Shown in pieces: positions 8,389 through 18,802 of a stretch of DNA of 38,215 nucleotides (position 1 is the first letter of the stretch; the number at the start of each line of letters is the position of its first letter). A program made the translations under genes and the position numbers. Source of the DNA: a virus (Duplodnaviria > Heunggongvirae > Uroviricota > Caudoviricetes); IMG/VR virus record IMGVR_UViG_2671180710_000023, positions 1 to 38,215 of that record; one strand, written 5' to 3'. The notes beneath the pieces are model-generated. The model searched no databases. It was not told where the DNA came from and saw nothing but the letters and a program-made list of their open reading frames with translations.

Positions 8389-10853
8389 CAGCTGTACTCC
8401 TTACGTTGTTTCTGAGCCAGCAGACGCTCCAGCATTTTTTCCAGCTCATGCAGGCTCATATTCAGGGCACCAGCCAGCCCGGCAGGCGCTGCGGTTTCCT
8501 TACCATTGAGGAAAAACTGAGGATTAAAGCTGACCTGGATACCGCCAGACGCTCCACCGCCGGTTGCCGTTGCGCCACGGCCTGAATATCCGGCAGCCAT
8601 GATTTCCGGCGACGGGATACGGGGAACATCCGGTGTCATTTCAGCGGCCAGGCGCTGCCCGGCCAGTGCAGCAAGCGGAGTGGTTCGTTGCAGGCCAATG
8701 GCGGCACCCTGCGCGATATTGTCACCAAAGCCTATAAACACGCGACTCGGTGAATGGATGCCCAGCTTTTCGCTGAACCAGTCACTGATGCTGTCACCCA
8801 TTCCGGTTATGCTGGTTTTCAGTGACGCCCATTTGTTTCTGATGCCATTTATCAGCCCGTCAATAAGATGACCACCGAAGTCGGTGAATTTCGCCGGCAA
8901 ATCAACGCCGAGATATTTCAGCGCAGCCGCAAAGGCTTTATAAAGCAGACCTGCCGGAGACCAGTTAACCAGCAGTTTACCAGTTCCCGCGATACCGCCG
9001 TTAAAGGCTTCCTGGATGTCAGCCCAGCGCTGTTTAAACCAGCTACTGACCGCGCCCCAGTTGCGGTAGATAAGGTAAGCTGCTGCCGCGACGGCGGTGA
9101 TAGCGAGACCGATGGGATTCATCATCAGCGCCCGGCCAATCCAGAGAACGGCACGCCCGGCGCTCATAATTCCGCGAACCAGCCCCCCTGAGAGCACACC
9201 ACCCAGTGTTCTGGCTCCTCTGGCGACAGCACCAAAGCCTGTCACCAGCCAGCGGAGTTTACCGCCTTCCCCCAGTGCGAGCGTCAGACGAAGCCAGTTG
9301 GCCCGAAGTAAAACAGCATTTTTCCAGACGCTTACAAAGGGGGAAAGAAGGAGATTCAGCCCAAGCTTGAGACCGATAGTGGCCATCCTGAAAGCGAGTA
9401 ATGCGCCCACAACCTTTATGGTGCTGCTGACGAGCTGCGGATTTGCCGCTATCCATTTGCCAACACTGTCCATTAAAGGAATAAATGTTTCACCCAACTG
9501 GAGCAAAGCCGGACGCAAGGATTGCCCGATGCTGATAGCAGAATCATTAAAGCCGATCTGCATTCTGCGCCAGCGGCCTTCAAGCGTATCATTCTGCTTT
9601 GCAGCATCCTTATCCAGGGTAGAAATTGCAGCCGGAGCATTCATTTCCTGCTTACTGGAAAGGTATTTATCCCAGCCCTGTCGCATTGACAGTAAATGGT
9701 TGACAGTCTGAATATCGGTAAAGACCTCAGCCAGACCAAATGACTCCATGAGTTTCTGCTGACCTTCCTGATCGCCTCTTGCTCCTGCAGCTTTCCATTG
9801 CTGCAAAAACGTTTTGCCTTTACTGTCGATAAAACGGTTGGCAATCATCAGTGAAGCTTCGTACTGCGAAAAACCCTGAGCGACGTAATTCTGCATTGAC
9901 CCCTGGTAATCCACCCCGGCTTTAGCATATTTCTGGATGGTATCTCCGCGGCCCATTGCTGCCAGCCAGTTGGACATATTGGTGACCGCTTCCTCTGCAG
10001 AGCCACTACCTTTACCGACCTCCAGACTGGCAACAATCTGGGTAATCGCATCTTTTCCATAAATACCACGAGCAGCGAAGGCTTTAGCCATACCGGGTAA
10101 TGCTTTTGCCATATCCTTCAGCTCAAATGATCCAAGTTTGGCTCCTGTTGCCGCAATACCAAACGCCTGTTCAAGTTCTTTCGCATCAGTGATTCTGAGT
10201 GCATCGCTGAAGGCATAAGTCATTTTGGCAAGGTCGGTCATATCGGCTTTGGTTGCTGTAGCGGTCTTTCCAAGCATCTCTGCAAACGTTGCTGCCCGTT
10301 CGGGGGCCATACCATCAGCGACTAATTGTCCGACTCCCCCTAACAGAGACTCCTGCAGTTGGTTAACCTTCAGCGAGGCCTGTCTGATAGCCTGGCCAAT
10401 TGCACGTTCCTGTTTTGCATCCAGGTCTCCTGTGACACTGATATCCCGTAACTGTGATTCAAACGAGGCATATTGTTTAACCGAGGCCATGACCGGTGCG
10501 CCCAGCGTTCTGCCAATAGCATAGGTTTCTGCACCCTGACCATAGAGCGCCAGGCGGTTAGCCTTCAACGCATCACCGGTGGCTGATACTGCTGACAGAC
10601 GGCGCTGCTGACGTTCAATTTGCTCCATGGTGCGGCTTACCCGCAGCAACTCGCTGTTGAGACGCTGCATCCGGGAAGAACCCAGTTGACCATAACGTTC
10701 TGTTGCCCGGGTTAAGGCATTCTGGCGTTCCTGCAGACGGCGGGAGGTATCACCAAGGGAATCAAGGGCGCGTCGGGTGCCACTGACGGCTGAGCGGAAG
10801 CTGCTCCCGACAATGCCGCCAATAATGACGCCGACTGAAAATTCACTGGCCAC
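8388..10853 (-). CDS. Tail tape measure protein
   Basis: 821 aa, largest tail ORF, Ala/Gly-rich with helical repeats and hydrophobic segments; follows chaperone gene. Confidence 0.8.
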   Translation of the reverse strand: MASEFSVGVIIGGIVGSSFRSAVSGTRRALDSLGDTSRRLQERQNALTRATERYGQLGSSRMQRLNSELLRVSRTMEQIERQQRRLSAVSATGDALKANRLALYGQGAETYAIGRTLGAPVMASVKQYASFESQLRDISVTGDLDAKQERAIGQAIRQASLKVNQLQESLLGGVGQLVADGMAPERAATFAEMLGKTATATKADMTDLAKMTYAFSDALRITDAKELEQAFGIAATGAKLGSFELKDMAKALPGMAKAFAARGIYGKDAITQIVASLEVGKGSGSAEEAVTNMSNWLAAMGRGDTIQKYAKAGVDYQGSMQNYVAQGFSQYEASLMIANRFIDSKGKTFLQQWKAAGARGDQEGQQKLMESFGLAEVFTDIQTVNHLLSMRQGWDKYLSSKQEMNAPAAISTLDKDAAKQNDTLEGRWRRMQIGFNDSAISIGQSLRPALLQLGETFIPLMDSVGKWIAANPQLVSSTIKVVGALLAFRMATIGLKLGLNLLLSPFVSVWKNAVLLRANWLRLTLALGEGGKLRWLVTGFGAVARGARTLGGVLSGGLVRGIMSAGRAVLWIGRALMMNPIGLAITAVAAAAYLIYRNWGAVSSWFKQRWADIQEAFNGGIAGTGKLLVNWSPAGLLYKAFAAALKYLGVDLPAKFTDFGGHLIDGLINGIRNKWASLKTSITGMGDSISDWFSEKLGIHSPSRVFIGFGDNIAQGAAIGLQRTTPLAALAGQRLAAEMTPDVPRIPSPEIMAAGYSGRGATATGGGASGGIQVSFNPQFFLNGKETAAPAGLAGALNMSLHELEKMLERLLAQKQRKEYS

Positions 10854-11027
10854 GGTGGCTATCCTCTGAAAGCAAAAAAACGGAAGGGAAGTGTCTGAAC
10901 CCCATGCAGAACAGCCGCGACTGGCGGCTGTTAAGTGATACGTTGTTACTGATTGTCGCCGAACTCGCTTTTGATTTGCTCTTCAGCCTGCTCCAGCCAC
11001 ATCTCCAGATCGTCAGTATCGAGGGCA

Positions 11028-11363
11028 TCAATCTCCCCCGGCTGAAACCTGAACCATCTCGCCAGCAGGCCCTGCGCCTGCATCAGTGTTTTTGTCGCTC
11101 TTGCCCAGCCCAGTGATTTTCTGAAATCGTTTCTGCAGCTCCATATAGTCGGCAAGATCCATGTTATCGAGGTCTTCCGGGAGGATACCGGTGCTACGGG
11201 CAATCAGTGGTTCGTCCCAGTCTGCCGGGTCTTTGTTGATTTTGCGCACCTGCTTCAGGTCTTTTACTGTCAGGCGTTTCAGTTCAATCTGTTCAATTCT
11301 GGTACCTGCAGCAGTGGTGAAAGGATAAGACAGCGTAAAAGTATCTGGCTGGGTCTGTGACAT
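11028..11363 (-). CDS. Tail assembly chaperone (frameshift-prone gene upstream of tape measure)
   Basis: 111 aa acidic protein between tube and tape measure genes; overlapped by an out-of-frame ORF (10946-11203) with a plausible acidic C-terminal extension. Confidence 0.55.
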   Translation of the reverse strand: MSQTQPDTFTLSYPFTTAAGTRIEQIELKRLTVKDLKQVRKINKDPADWDEPLIARSTGILPEDLDNMDLADYMELQKRFQKITGLGKSDKNTDAGAGPAGEMVQVSAGGD

Positions 11364-11461
11364 GATCGTGCTCCTGTGTAAGTTCAGGGCAGTATGTCTG
11401 GCGGTGGACGTAACGGATATTAAAGGAGATTAAGAAGAAAGGGGCCGGAGCCCCTGTGATA

Positions 11462-11743
11462 TCAGCAAGTGCGAAACCCCTTGCAGTTACGCAGGAAAGC
11501 GATGAGAAGCGCCTTTCCCTCAGATTTGCCGGTGCCGGAGAACCAGTGGTCGGGCGGCTCCCATGCTTCAATCAAATCGGCCAGTTTGCGGGCCTTTGAA
11601 CGTGTGCAGTCAATCGGGTCATTGGTTTTACGGGTATTAAAAAGGGTTTCCACCCCCGGAATATCGAGAAGGGTAAACCACGTACCGTTCGACATGCCCA
11701 GTGCTGCACATCGACCTCCTTTATCAGTCAGTTCAACACTCAC
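11462..11743 (-). CDS. Hypothetical protein (between tail tube and chaperone genes)
   Basis: 93-aa ORF in operon context; no recognisable motif. Confidence 0.35.
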   Translation of the reverse strand: MSVELTDKGGRCAALGMSNGTWFTLLDIPGVETLFNTRKTNDPIDCTRSKARKLADLIEAWEPPDHWFSGTGKSEGKALLIAFLRNCKGFRTC

Positions 11744-11745
11744 TG

Positions 11746-12267
11746 TCAGCCCCCGATATTGATGCGGTAGTCGGTCAGTTGATCAACGCCACCGACGCGG
11801 AAGATGTTGGCCAGATAGTCCAGCTCCAGCAGCTCTTCACCATCCAGTACCTGTTTTATATACGTGCAGGTGAAGCTACTGGAGAACTCGGCGTTCTCGT
11901 GCTGTTTGAACGTTCCCATCGGGTTCTTCTTGAACATAATTGTCAGGAAGGTGACCAGCGGGATTTCGTCAATCAGCCCCTGCGAGCTGTAGCGCTGGAC
12001 GCTGGAACGACACTGCAGTGCCAGCGACTTATACGGGTTCGCGGCAGACAGCATCGCATCGCGGTAAAAGCTGTTCCATTTGATTTCGCCTTCCAGTTTG
12101 TCGAAGCCAGCCGGGAGCTCCACCTTACCCACCATTCCCAGTGCCTTGTGCTCCTGCATAATCATGGAGACATCGGGGAGTTTAACTTCCTCAGCCCGTC
12201 CCAGCAGGTTAGTACCATCCAGATAGATGTTGGCATTCGTGATTCGGTTTATCTCAATCTTTGACAT
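11746..12267 (-). CDS. Tail tube protein (P2 FII / Mu M-like)
   Basis: 173 aa immediately downstream of sheath gene; stop/start abutting. Confidence 0.75.
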   Translation of the reverse strand: MSKIEINRITNANIYLDGTNLLGRAEEVKLPDVSMIMQEHKALGMVGKVELPAGFDKLEGEIKWNSFYRDAMLSAANPYKSLALQCRSSVQRYSSQGLIDEIPLVTFLTIMFKKNPMGTFKQHENAEFSSSFTCTYIKQVLDGEELLELDYLANIFRVGGVDQLTDYRINIGG

Positions 12268-13694
12268 CAGTTGCCCCCTTTCAGGGTTAACAGGTATTCC
12301 GAGGTGATTTCAGTCTCAAACGTCAGTCGCTCCAGCGGCGGTGGTGGCGTATATTTGTAGCTCAGCAACAGGTGCCCGGCGGCCAGCTCCGTCTCCGGAT
12401 TGCGGGCCGGATCAAACCAGCAACGGAAGCCCAGTACCGCACCATCACCAGTCATTTTGCGACCGTAGGCGTTGACCGACTCCGTCAGTGCATCAATCAG
12501 CGCCTGAGTAATCGGCATGTCGATGTACTGCTGGCTGAAGTAACGAATGGACTCGTTGATCACATCACCGGTGCGGCGAACGTTCTCAAAGTTACGCATA
12601 TGGGTGACCGTTGGCCATGCCGCCGTCCGGTTACCCCACAGACGAAGGCCGCTGCCGTAACTGCTGAATACCGTGGTGATCCCCTGTTCGTTAAGCAGGT
12701 TCACCTCGCTCTGCGGATCGTCAATCATTGCCGACAGCTGGCGCTCCACGCCGGTGATCCCCAGAATTTCCTGATTGGAGGATGACCACCAGTACCCTTT
12801 GTCCAGGTCGACTTTGGCACGCAGGCCCGCCGCACGCTGGCTCAGTGGCTCCAGACGCTCCGTGTTCGTCACCGGGTCATATACCTTCACATGCGGGTAG
12901 CACAGGCGGACACGGTCAGAGCTGGTATTAAAGTTAATGGTGCCTTCCGGGCCACGTCCCGCCAGAGCCTGCGCAAAAGTGGTACCAACCGGCGCATCAA
13001 TATAGGTTACTGCTCCCAGTTTCTCAGCCATGGCGATAAGCTCAACCGAGACGCTGTTCTGGGTGCAGAATACCGGAGCAATCAGGATTTTGGCGAAGTA
13101 GCCAAACAGGTTAAAACTGTCGTTAAGCAGCTTCATGCCGGTACGGTTGCCTGCAGCGTTAACGGTACCGATGATATCAGCCGGGGTGACTCTGGTCGGA
13201 TCAGCATAGTTATAGCTGGCCTTCACCGTTGCATCTGCAGCAATGCTTTTACCCAGGTTAGTAATCACCCCGGTCTGTGCATCAAGCGAGTAGTCCTGAC
13301 CTTCAACATAAGGCTGACCGTCGCTGTCCGGTTTCAGTACCAGCTGCGCGACCACCGGATTAGCCAGCCGGGCTCTGCCTGTCGCCTTGTCGAACGACAC
13401 ATTCTCACTGACCACAGCGGTTTTATGCACAGACGGATCGAGTACGTTAATGACCAGAACGGTGCCTGCACCATGGTCATAAATCGCATCCAGCGCCTGC
13501 GGAATGGTAAAGCCGGTGAACTGGCTGCCAAATGCCGCCGCGTCTTTCTCAGACAGGCACTGTACCAGCGTATTGACGTCCCCCATTGGTGCGGTACCAA
13601 TCAGGCCAATAACGGCAGATTTCACCGTTTTAACCGGGCGGGCACCGTTTTCCACTTCAATGGTTTCGACGCCATGCAGATAGTTAGCTGCCAT
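12267..13694 (-). CDS. Contractile tail sheath protein (Mu L / P2 FI-like)
   Basis: 475 aa, typical size and position; followed by tube gene. Confidence 0.8.
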   Translation of the reverse strand: MAANYLHGVETIEVENGARPVKTVKSAVIGLIGTAPMGDVNTLVQCLSEKDAAAFGSQFTGFTIPQALDAIYDHGAGTVLVINVLDPSVHKTAVVSENVSFDKATGRARLANPVVAQLVLKPDSDGQPYVEGQDYSLDAQTGVITNLGKSIAADATVKASYNYADPTRVTPADIIGTVNAAGNRTGMKLLNDSFNLFGYFAKILIAPVFCTQNSVSVELIAMAEKLGAVTYIDAPVGTTFAQALAGRGPEGTINFNTSSDRVRLCYPHVKVYDPVTNTERLEPLSQRAAGLRAKVDLDKGYWWSSSNQEILGITGVERQLSAMIDDPQSEVNLLNEQGITTVFSSYGSGLRLWGNRTAAWPTVTHMRNFENVRRTGDVINESIRYFSQQYIDMPITQALIDALTESVNAYGRKMTGDGAVLGFRCWFDPARNPETELAAGHLLLSYKYTPPPPLERLTFETEITSEYLLTLKGGN

Positions 13695-13938
13695 GGGAGT
13701 CCTCCGTTTTCACTTCGCTGTCACTGCTGCTTCTGCGCTTTGGTGACTGCACAGCCGGTGTGCCGGCGGGTTTTGTCTCTTCAGATACCGGCGTCAGATG
13801 CTTCAGCGCCACCAGTACCTTCACGTAGTCATGCTCCTCCGGCAGGGAAACAGTTTTCCCCGGCCAGAGCAGGACTTCGGTTCCGTCCGACAGCGTGACG
13901 CCGCTGGCCGGGCCGGAATAGCGGTATGCTTTCATCAC
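13684..13938 (-). CDS. Small virion-associated protein (Mu gp38-like position)
   Basis: 84 aa, overlapping start/stop with neighbours. Confidence 0.4.
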   Translation of the reverse strand: MMKAYRYSGPASGVTLSDGTEVLLWPGKTVSLPEEHDYVKVLVALKHLTPVSEETKPAGTPAVQSPKRRSSSDSEVKTEDSHGS

Positions 13939-14399
13939 TCGCTTTCCTCATAGTTCACTTCGGTTAACAGCGGGCCGGACGGTAAATCGCTGTCTTCGAT
14001 AAAGACGCTTTCAGTCGCGAAGTCGAGGGCGTATTGCCACAGCCCCCTGACTTCACCGATAAACACCTCGCGGGTCAGCCAGATACGGCGGCGGCACCCG
14101 GGCGGGGTGTAGCCACCGAGAATGCGGCGGACAGCATCCAGGACATTAATCGCCCCTTTTTTACCGTTGAGCTGGCGGAAGACCACCGTGACGCAGAGCT
14201 GGATAGTCTGAGGCTGGATCACCGCACCGGTATCATCCAGCCTGTCAAAGCGCGAACCGGCATAGCTCAGCAGCAACGCGCCGACAGAATGATTGAGGCG
14301 ATATTCGGACGGCTTTTCCGGGAAGTACTCAACCTGCAGCTGAGGCAGCTTCTCGCGCAACCGGGCCAGCACCGCATCAAGGACGGGCAGAACGTTCAT
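13935..14399 (-). CDS. Head-tail connector/completion protein (Mu gp37-like)
   Basis: 154 aa, conserved position between gp36-like gene and sheath. Confidence 0.5.
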   Translation of the reverse strand: MNVLPVLDAVLARLREKLPQLQVEYFPEKPSEYRLNHSVGALLLSYAGSRFDRLDDTGAVIQPQTIQLCVTVVFRQLNGKKGAINVLDAVRRILGGYTPPGCRRRIWLTREVFIGEVRGLWQYALDFATESVFIEDSDLPSGPLLTEVNYEESE

Positions 14400-14845
14400 C
14401 AGTATTTCTCCAGTAAGCCGTCACGACCGCCGAAAGTGGCCGGACGGCTGCGTACACGAAACTCGCCAGGCTCAGGCACATCTTTCTGAGTGGACGGCAG
14501 CCCCAGCGTGAGCCTGTTATCACGTAACTCCCTGAGTTGCCGCAGCGCTTCTTTGTGGTCATCCTTCACCGTATCCGGGAGGTCACCTTCCGGGCGGCGG
14601 GCGTAGAGCCGGTAACGGACCAGCGTGATGGCAATGTCCCGCAGAACAGTCGGTATCTCTGCCAGTGGCAGGATATAGCGTCCGCGCAGATGGGCATCAA
14701 TCAGCTCGTCGGCATAGCGGATACAGCTGTCCACCACACGGGTATTCACTGTTGCAGGCGAGTCGAAGTCCATCTCTTCACTGGTAAGCTCGATCAGCGT
14801 TCGTTCCGGCACCTGCGCAAGCAAATCCTCCAGGGTGCAGTACAT
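14399..14845 (-). CDS. Head-tail joining protein (Mu gp36-like, DUF1320-type)
   Basis: Likely start at ATG 14845 (MYCTLEDLLAQVPERTLIELTSEE...), 1 nt after the upstream stop. Confidence 0.5.
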   Translation of the reverse strand: MYCTLEDLLAQVPERTLIELTSEEMDFDSPATVNTRVVDSCIRYADELIDAHLRGRYILPLAEIPTVLRDIAITLVRYRLYARRPEGDLPDTVKDDHKEALRQLRELRDNRLTLGLPSTQKDVPEPGEFRVRSRPATFGGRDGLLEKY

Positions 14846-14846
14846 G

Positions 14847-15185
14847 TCACACCCCGCGCAGGATACGAATGACGTCGCCTTCACCCCCGGCTTCATCAAG
14901 TGCAATACCACAGGATTTACCGTCGCCGGACTGCGGCACGGCTCTGGCCTGAGCATCTGACTGAACAGCCACACCACGGCTGACAGCGGCCCCGGCCTCG
15001 ACAGCAATAATGCCCAGAACGCTCACCGGCGTGCTGTCGCCGGTAACAGCATCCACTTCGGCAACCCCGAGCGCTGCGGCACCGGCTTTACAGGGGGTAT
15101 TATCTGCCCCGACAAAACGCTGCTGTGCCAGTGCGGCCCCTGCCGTTACGGTTGTGATCAGAATGACCTGCTGAGTGGTTCCCAT
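14847..15185 (-). CDS. Small head protein (possible decoration/gp35-like)
   Basis: 112 aa Ala/Val/Gly-rich protein immediately after major head gene. Confidence 0.4.
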   Translation of the reverse strand: MGTTQQVILITTVTAGAALAQQRFVGADNTPCKAGAAALGVAEVDAVTGDSTPVSVLGIIAVEAGAAVSRGVAVQSDAQARAVPQSGDGKSCGIALDEAGGEGDVIRILRGV

Positions 15186-15194
15186 AACGCCTCC

Positions 15195-16148
15195 TTATTT
15201 ACTGATACCGGTAATGAGATACCCGGCATCGCCACCAACCACGGCGACTTTGTAGATATCGGTATAACGGCAGTACTTCACCTTGCCGCCGGCTCCGTCG
15301 TACTTGTCGGCAACAGGCATCCCCTTACGGCGCAGGGTGTAGCCGAAGGACGGCTCGTTCTCGTCCGCGCTGTCCGCCCCCGGCTGCGGCTTGCCGACGT
15401 AGTGCAGCATCAGATTGTCTCCCCAGATATCCGTCGGCACGCTGTCCTTATCCATTGCCGCTTTCATGGACGGCAGGGAGACAGGAGCACCGATGACGAT
15501 CTCTTCGATCTGAAAGAGGTCCTGCAGGATCTCCGTGGTGATGCGCTTGCGTTCGTTGGCTCCGATGGCTGCCTGAATTGCCGGGTGGAACTTCAGCAGC
15601 GCCATCACGCCGGCCCCCATGGTCATCAGGTTAGGACGCAGCCCCGTGGCCGTACGGACCGCTTCCATACCGGCTTCAATCACCCCGATGGGGTCCCCCT
15701 TACCACCGGCCCAGCGGTCGCCGGCTGTCAGTTTTTTAACGTGCCCGGTACGGTAGACCTTTTCATCCTGAGCCAGACGGGCGGCGATAAGTTCACGGCG
15801 CAGATTCACGCCATTCGTGGCGCGACGGATGGCCTTGCTCTCCTCGTTAAACATGGACTCCGCCTGTTCGCGATAGTCCACTGGCGCAGCCAGATCGTGC
15901 TCACCCAGCACCAGATCAAGCGTGCCGGTTTTCTCACGGACCAGAACATTGCTGTCCGCCCCGACGGCACGCTCGGTGTCATATTCCACAAAGGCGGTTT
16001 TCCCGAAGGTCGGCACACGCACGCCTTCCTTGTCCGTCAGCACGACGGGGAAAATACGTTCGCCAATGAATGCGGCATTTTTATAGCCTCGGGCGATACT
16101 GGTCAGTACCGGATCAACGACACGTTTACCTTTTAAGTAATCAGACAT
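15195..16148 (-). CDS. Major head (capsid) protein, Mu T-like
   Basis: 317 aa; position after protease/scaffold gene; size and order typical of Mu gpT. Confidence 0.75.
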   Translation of the reverse strand: MSDYLKGKRVVDPVLTSIARGYKNAAFIGERIFPVVLTDKEGVRVPTFGKTAFVEYDTERAVGADSNVLVREKTGTLDLVLGEHDLAAPVDYREQAESMFNEESKAIRRATNGVNLRRELIAARLAQDEKVYRTGHVKKLTAGDRWAGGKGDPIGVIEAGMEAVRTATGLRPNLMTMGAGVMALLKFHPAIQAAIGANERKRITTEILQDLFQIEEIVIGAPVSLPSMKAAMDKDSVPTDIWGDNLMLHYVGKPQPGADSADENEPSFGYTLRRKGMPVADKYDGAGGKVKYCRYTDIYKVAVVGGDAGYLITGISK

Positions 16149-16162
16149 GCTCTCTCCTTAAA

Positions 16163-17278
16163 TTACAGGCAGCGTGCGACAGCAGCCTCATAGCTGATGC
16201 CTTCTTTTTTGGACAGGGCCACTGCTTTCTGATGCAGGGCCAGACGCTCAGGATCGGCTTCTGCAAACTCCGCCACATCCACCTTCACCGCGTCGCCGAC
16301 ACGATCCTTTGTGGCCTGTTCGGCGAAGTTCATCACCGGCTCCCCGTCGGAGAGCAATGAACGGAAGGCGGTGGCCAGCGGTGTGCGGCTTTCCCCCTCA
16401 GCAAACTCCACCGGCTTGTCGCCACCGGCGACGGCATCCAGCAGGGCAACCACCACGGAGGAGGCGCGGGGAGCCAGACGCCCCTCTGCGACCAGTTTTT
16501 CTGCAAAGGCCACATTGTCCTTATGCAGTTGCTCCTGTCTGACCTGTGCATCACGCGCATCGCGATCAGCAGCCTGCTGCTTCAGGCGGCGGTTCTCCTC
16601 CTGAAGGGCTTCAATCTCTTCTTTTGTCATCGATGATTCCTCGTTACTTGCGGAAGACGGCCCCGGGCCTGTCTCACTGAATTGTGCACCTGCTGCATCC
16701 TGCGACAGTGTGTCGCGGTACGCCTCTTCGCGCAGACTGTTGAGCTGCCATTCCGGCAGGACTTTTTCTGCCTCGTCCAGACTGAAGCGGGCGATCAGAA
16801 AATCGCGCAGCTTTCCCCACAGGGAGGCATTCGTGATGGCCTGCCAGTCGGCGAACTCCACCACACCTTCTTCCTGCTCACTGAAGGACACCTGTTTCAG
16901 CCCTTTGACGGAAGGTGGCTGTGCCCCGAGAAAGCCCACATGGCGAAGGTAGAGCACGCCGGGCTTCGGATTGGACGGTGAATCCGGGAGGTAGAAAGAG
17001 GCGGACACTTTTTTGAATCGTCCGTCGGTGACCATCTCAGCAAACTGCGGGTCCAGCTGGGCAGGCTCTGCCATCAGATCGACGCCGCTGAGCGACAGGG
17101 CTTTCACCCAGCCCCACGCCGGGTCTTCCGTTCTGGGATGACCAATCACGAGTGGTGCTTCATGGACGGACGGGTCATAGGCTTTCACGCAGGCGGCAAG
17201 ATCGTCTGGCGTGAACGGCAGTTTTTTGCCGTGCATATCGGTATGAGTACCGGCTTTAAAAATGTGAATGGCTGACAT
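16163..17278 (-). CDS. Head maturation protease/scaffold, Mu I-like
   Basis: 371 aa; N-terminal domain plus C-terminal coiled-coil (EEIEALQEENRRLKQQAADRDARD). Confidence 0.7.
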   Translation of the reverse strand: MSAIHIFKAGTHTDMHGKKLPFTPDDLAACVKAYDPSVHEAPLVIGHPRTEDPAWGWVKALSLSGVDLMAEPAQLDPQFAEMVTDGRFKKVSASFYLPDSPSNPKPGVLYLRHVGFLGAQPPSVKGLKQVSFSEQEEGVVEFADWQAITNASLWGKLRDFLIARFSLDEAEKVLPEWQLNSLREEAYRDTLSQDAAGAQFSETGPGPSSASNEESSMTKEEIEALQEENRRLKQQAADRDARDAQVRQEQLHKDNVAFAEKLVAEGRLAPRASSVVVALLDAVAGGDKPVEFAEGESRTPLATAFRSLLSDGEPVMNFAEQATKDRVGDAVKVDVAEFAEADPERLALHQKAVALSKKEGISYEAAVARCL

Positions 17279-17492
17279 TTTGCTGTCCCGCGTTATGTTG
17301 TCGGAGACAGTTTGTGAGAAATGCAGGCCCGGCGATTTTAATCTGCTTTAGAAAACATCAGGGGAGAAGGACAGGGAAAGCAATGCGGTGAACCGGAGGC
17401 GGTTATAAAACAGAGGCTGTAAAGCCTTTATAAAGGTAATACAGCCCCTCATTCGCTGGCAATGATAAATCACCCGCCTGAAGAGAGAAAAC

Positions 17493-17951
17493 TCAGCGAC
17501 GGGCCGCTGATTCAAGATGGCGGACAATGGTATCGAGGATGGGGATTACCACTTCAGGCTGTAGTTCTCCATCCCCCGTCACCGGCAGGAACGGGCGGGC
17601 CGGAAGTTCAACAGACTCATTACGCCCCGTTTTACCCCCGAACTGGTGAATGGCACCGTAAACAACGTTGGTCCCCACAACAGCCTGCCGGTCGTCATGG
17701 TCGGTTGATACTGACCCCATCAGACGCCCGGTATCCTGTAGTGTCTGCCCGTCACGTTCTTCCGCTGCCAGCGAGGGCATCCACCCCGGACGCCCCTCAT
17801 CAAGAAAATTAAACTGTGTTTCCGCCAGCAGGGTTCCGGCGATTTTGCGCATCGCGGGCTCCAGGTCTGTGGCAGCAAGATCCAGCGCACGGAGGCTCCG
17901 GCGCAGGGATTTATCGTTAATGGTGATACTGACCAGGTTATCGGAAGCCAT
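17493..17951 (-). CDS. Virion morphogenesis protein (Mu G-like)
   Basis: 152 aa, position between F-like and I-like genes. Confidence 0.55.
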   Translation of the reverse strand: MASDNLVSITINDKSLRRSLRALDLAATDLEPAMRKIAGTLLAETQFNFLDEGRPGWMPSLAAEERDGQTLQDTGRLMGSVSTDHDDRQAVVGTNVVYGAIHQFGGKTGRNESVELPARPFLPVTGDGELQPEVVIPILDTIVRHLESAARR

Positions 17952-17953
17952 TG

Positions 17954-18802
17954 TTATCCTCTCAGTTCCTGTTGTGCCAGTGGCTGAAGCGTACCCTGAT
18001 AGCAGGCCAGGTCGGGACGGTATGCTGCCCCCGGTGCATAAGACCAGCCGACGTCGGTGGTCACCTTCGTGGTGCCGGTATTAAAGGTGGCCACGTTCCG
18101 CATTTCGCCGGTTTTCTCTGAGACCAGTTTCAGTTCCTGGCCCATGGCAGAGCCGGAGCTGATAACCTTCAGGCCACGGGCACGGACATCCGCCGCACTC
18201 AGGGCAATCACACTACAGCGGCAGCGCCAGCCGTTCGGCGGGTAAAATGCCTGCCAGAACGGGTCATCCCAGCGCAGCACCAGACCATGCAGCGCCAGAT
18301 GGCTCCTGCGGGTATGGCTGTCGTTGATGCCGGTATACATCCAGTACGGCCTGTCGTCGACGTTTTCCATCTGTTCCGCCCAACGACCGGCGCTGTAGAG
18401 TACGGACATATTGGTGCGAAAGATGGTATCGAGCCGCCACGGACTGCCCTGCTGAATGGTGACCGGCTCACCCGTTACCGGGTCAGTCGTGTCACGCGGT
18501 CCCCACCATCCCCTGCGCTTCAGCGCCGGCTCCAGCTCCTGTCGGAACCAGCGATCGGTTTTTCCTTCATCGACAGCCTGCTGCAGTGCCCCACGAATAT
18601 CTTCCAGGATATCCAGGCGGGTCACTTTAGCGACGGTAAAGGCGCGGGCATGGGCTTCCTGCCACATTTCTTCCCAGTCCCAGGTAATCTGATACCCTTT
18701 GGACTTCAGGTAGCTGATTGCCCGCTTCGGGGGAAGCGTCATGCAGTACGCCAGTTCAGCCGTTGTCACGCTCATGCAGACGCCCCCAGATATTTGCCAC
18801 AA
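17954..18802 (-). CDS. Head morphogenesis protein, Mu F-like (SPP1 gp7 family)
   Basis: 282 aa with WRCRCSV motif region typical of the F/gp7 family; follows portal gene. Confidence 0.7.
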   Translation of the reverse strand: MWQISGGVCMSVTTAELAYCMTLPPKRAISYLKSKGYQITWDWEEMWQEAHARAFTVAKVTRLDILEDIRGALQQAVDEGKTDRWFRQELEPALKRRGWWGPRDTTDPVTGEPVTIQQGSPWRLDTIFRTNMSVLYSAGRWAEQMENVDDRPYWMYTGINDSHTRRSHLALHGLVLRWDDPFWQAFYPPNGWRCRCSVIALSAADVRARGLKVISSGSAMGQELKLVSEKTGEMRNVATFNTGTTKVTTDVGWSYAPGAAYRPDLACYQGTLQPLAQQELRG

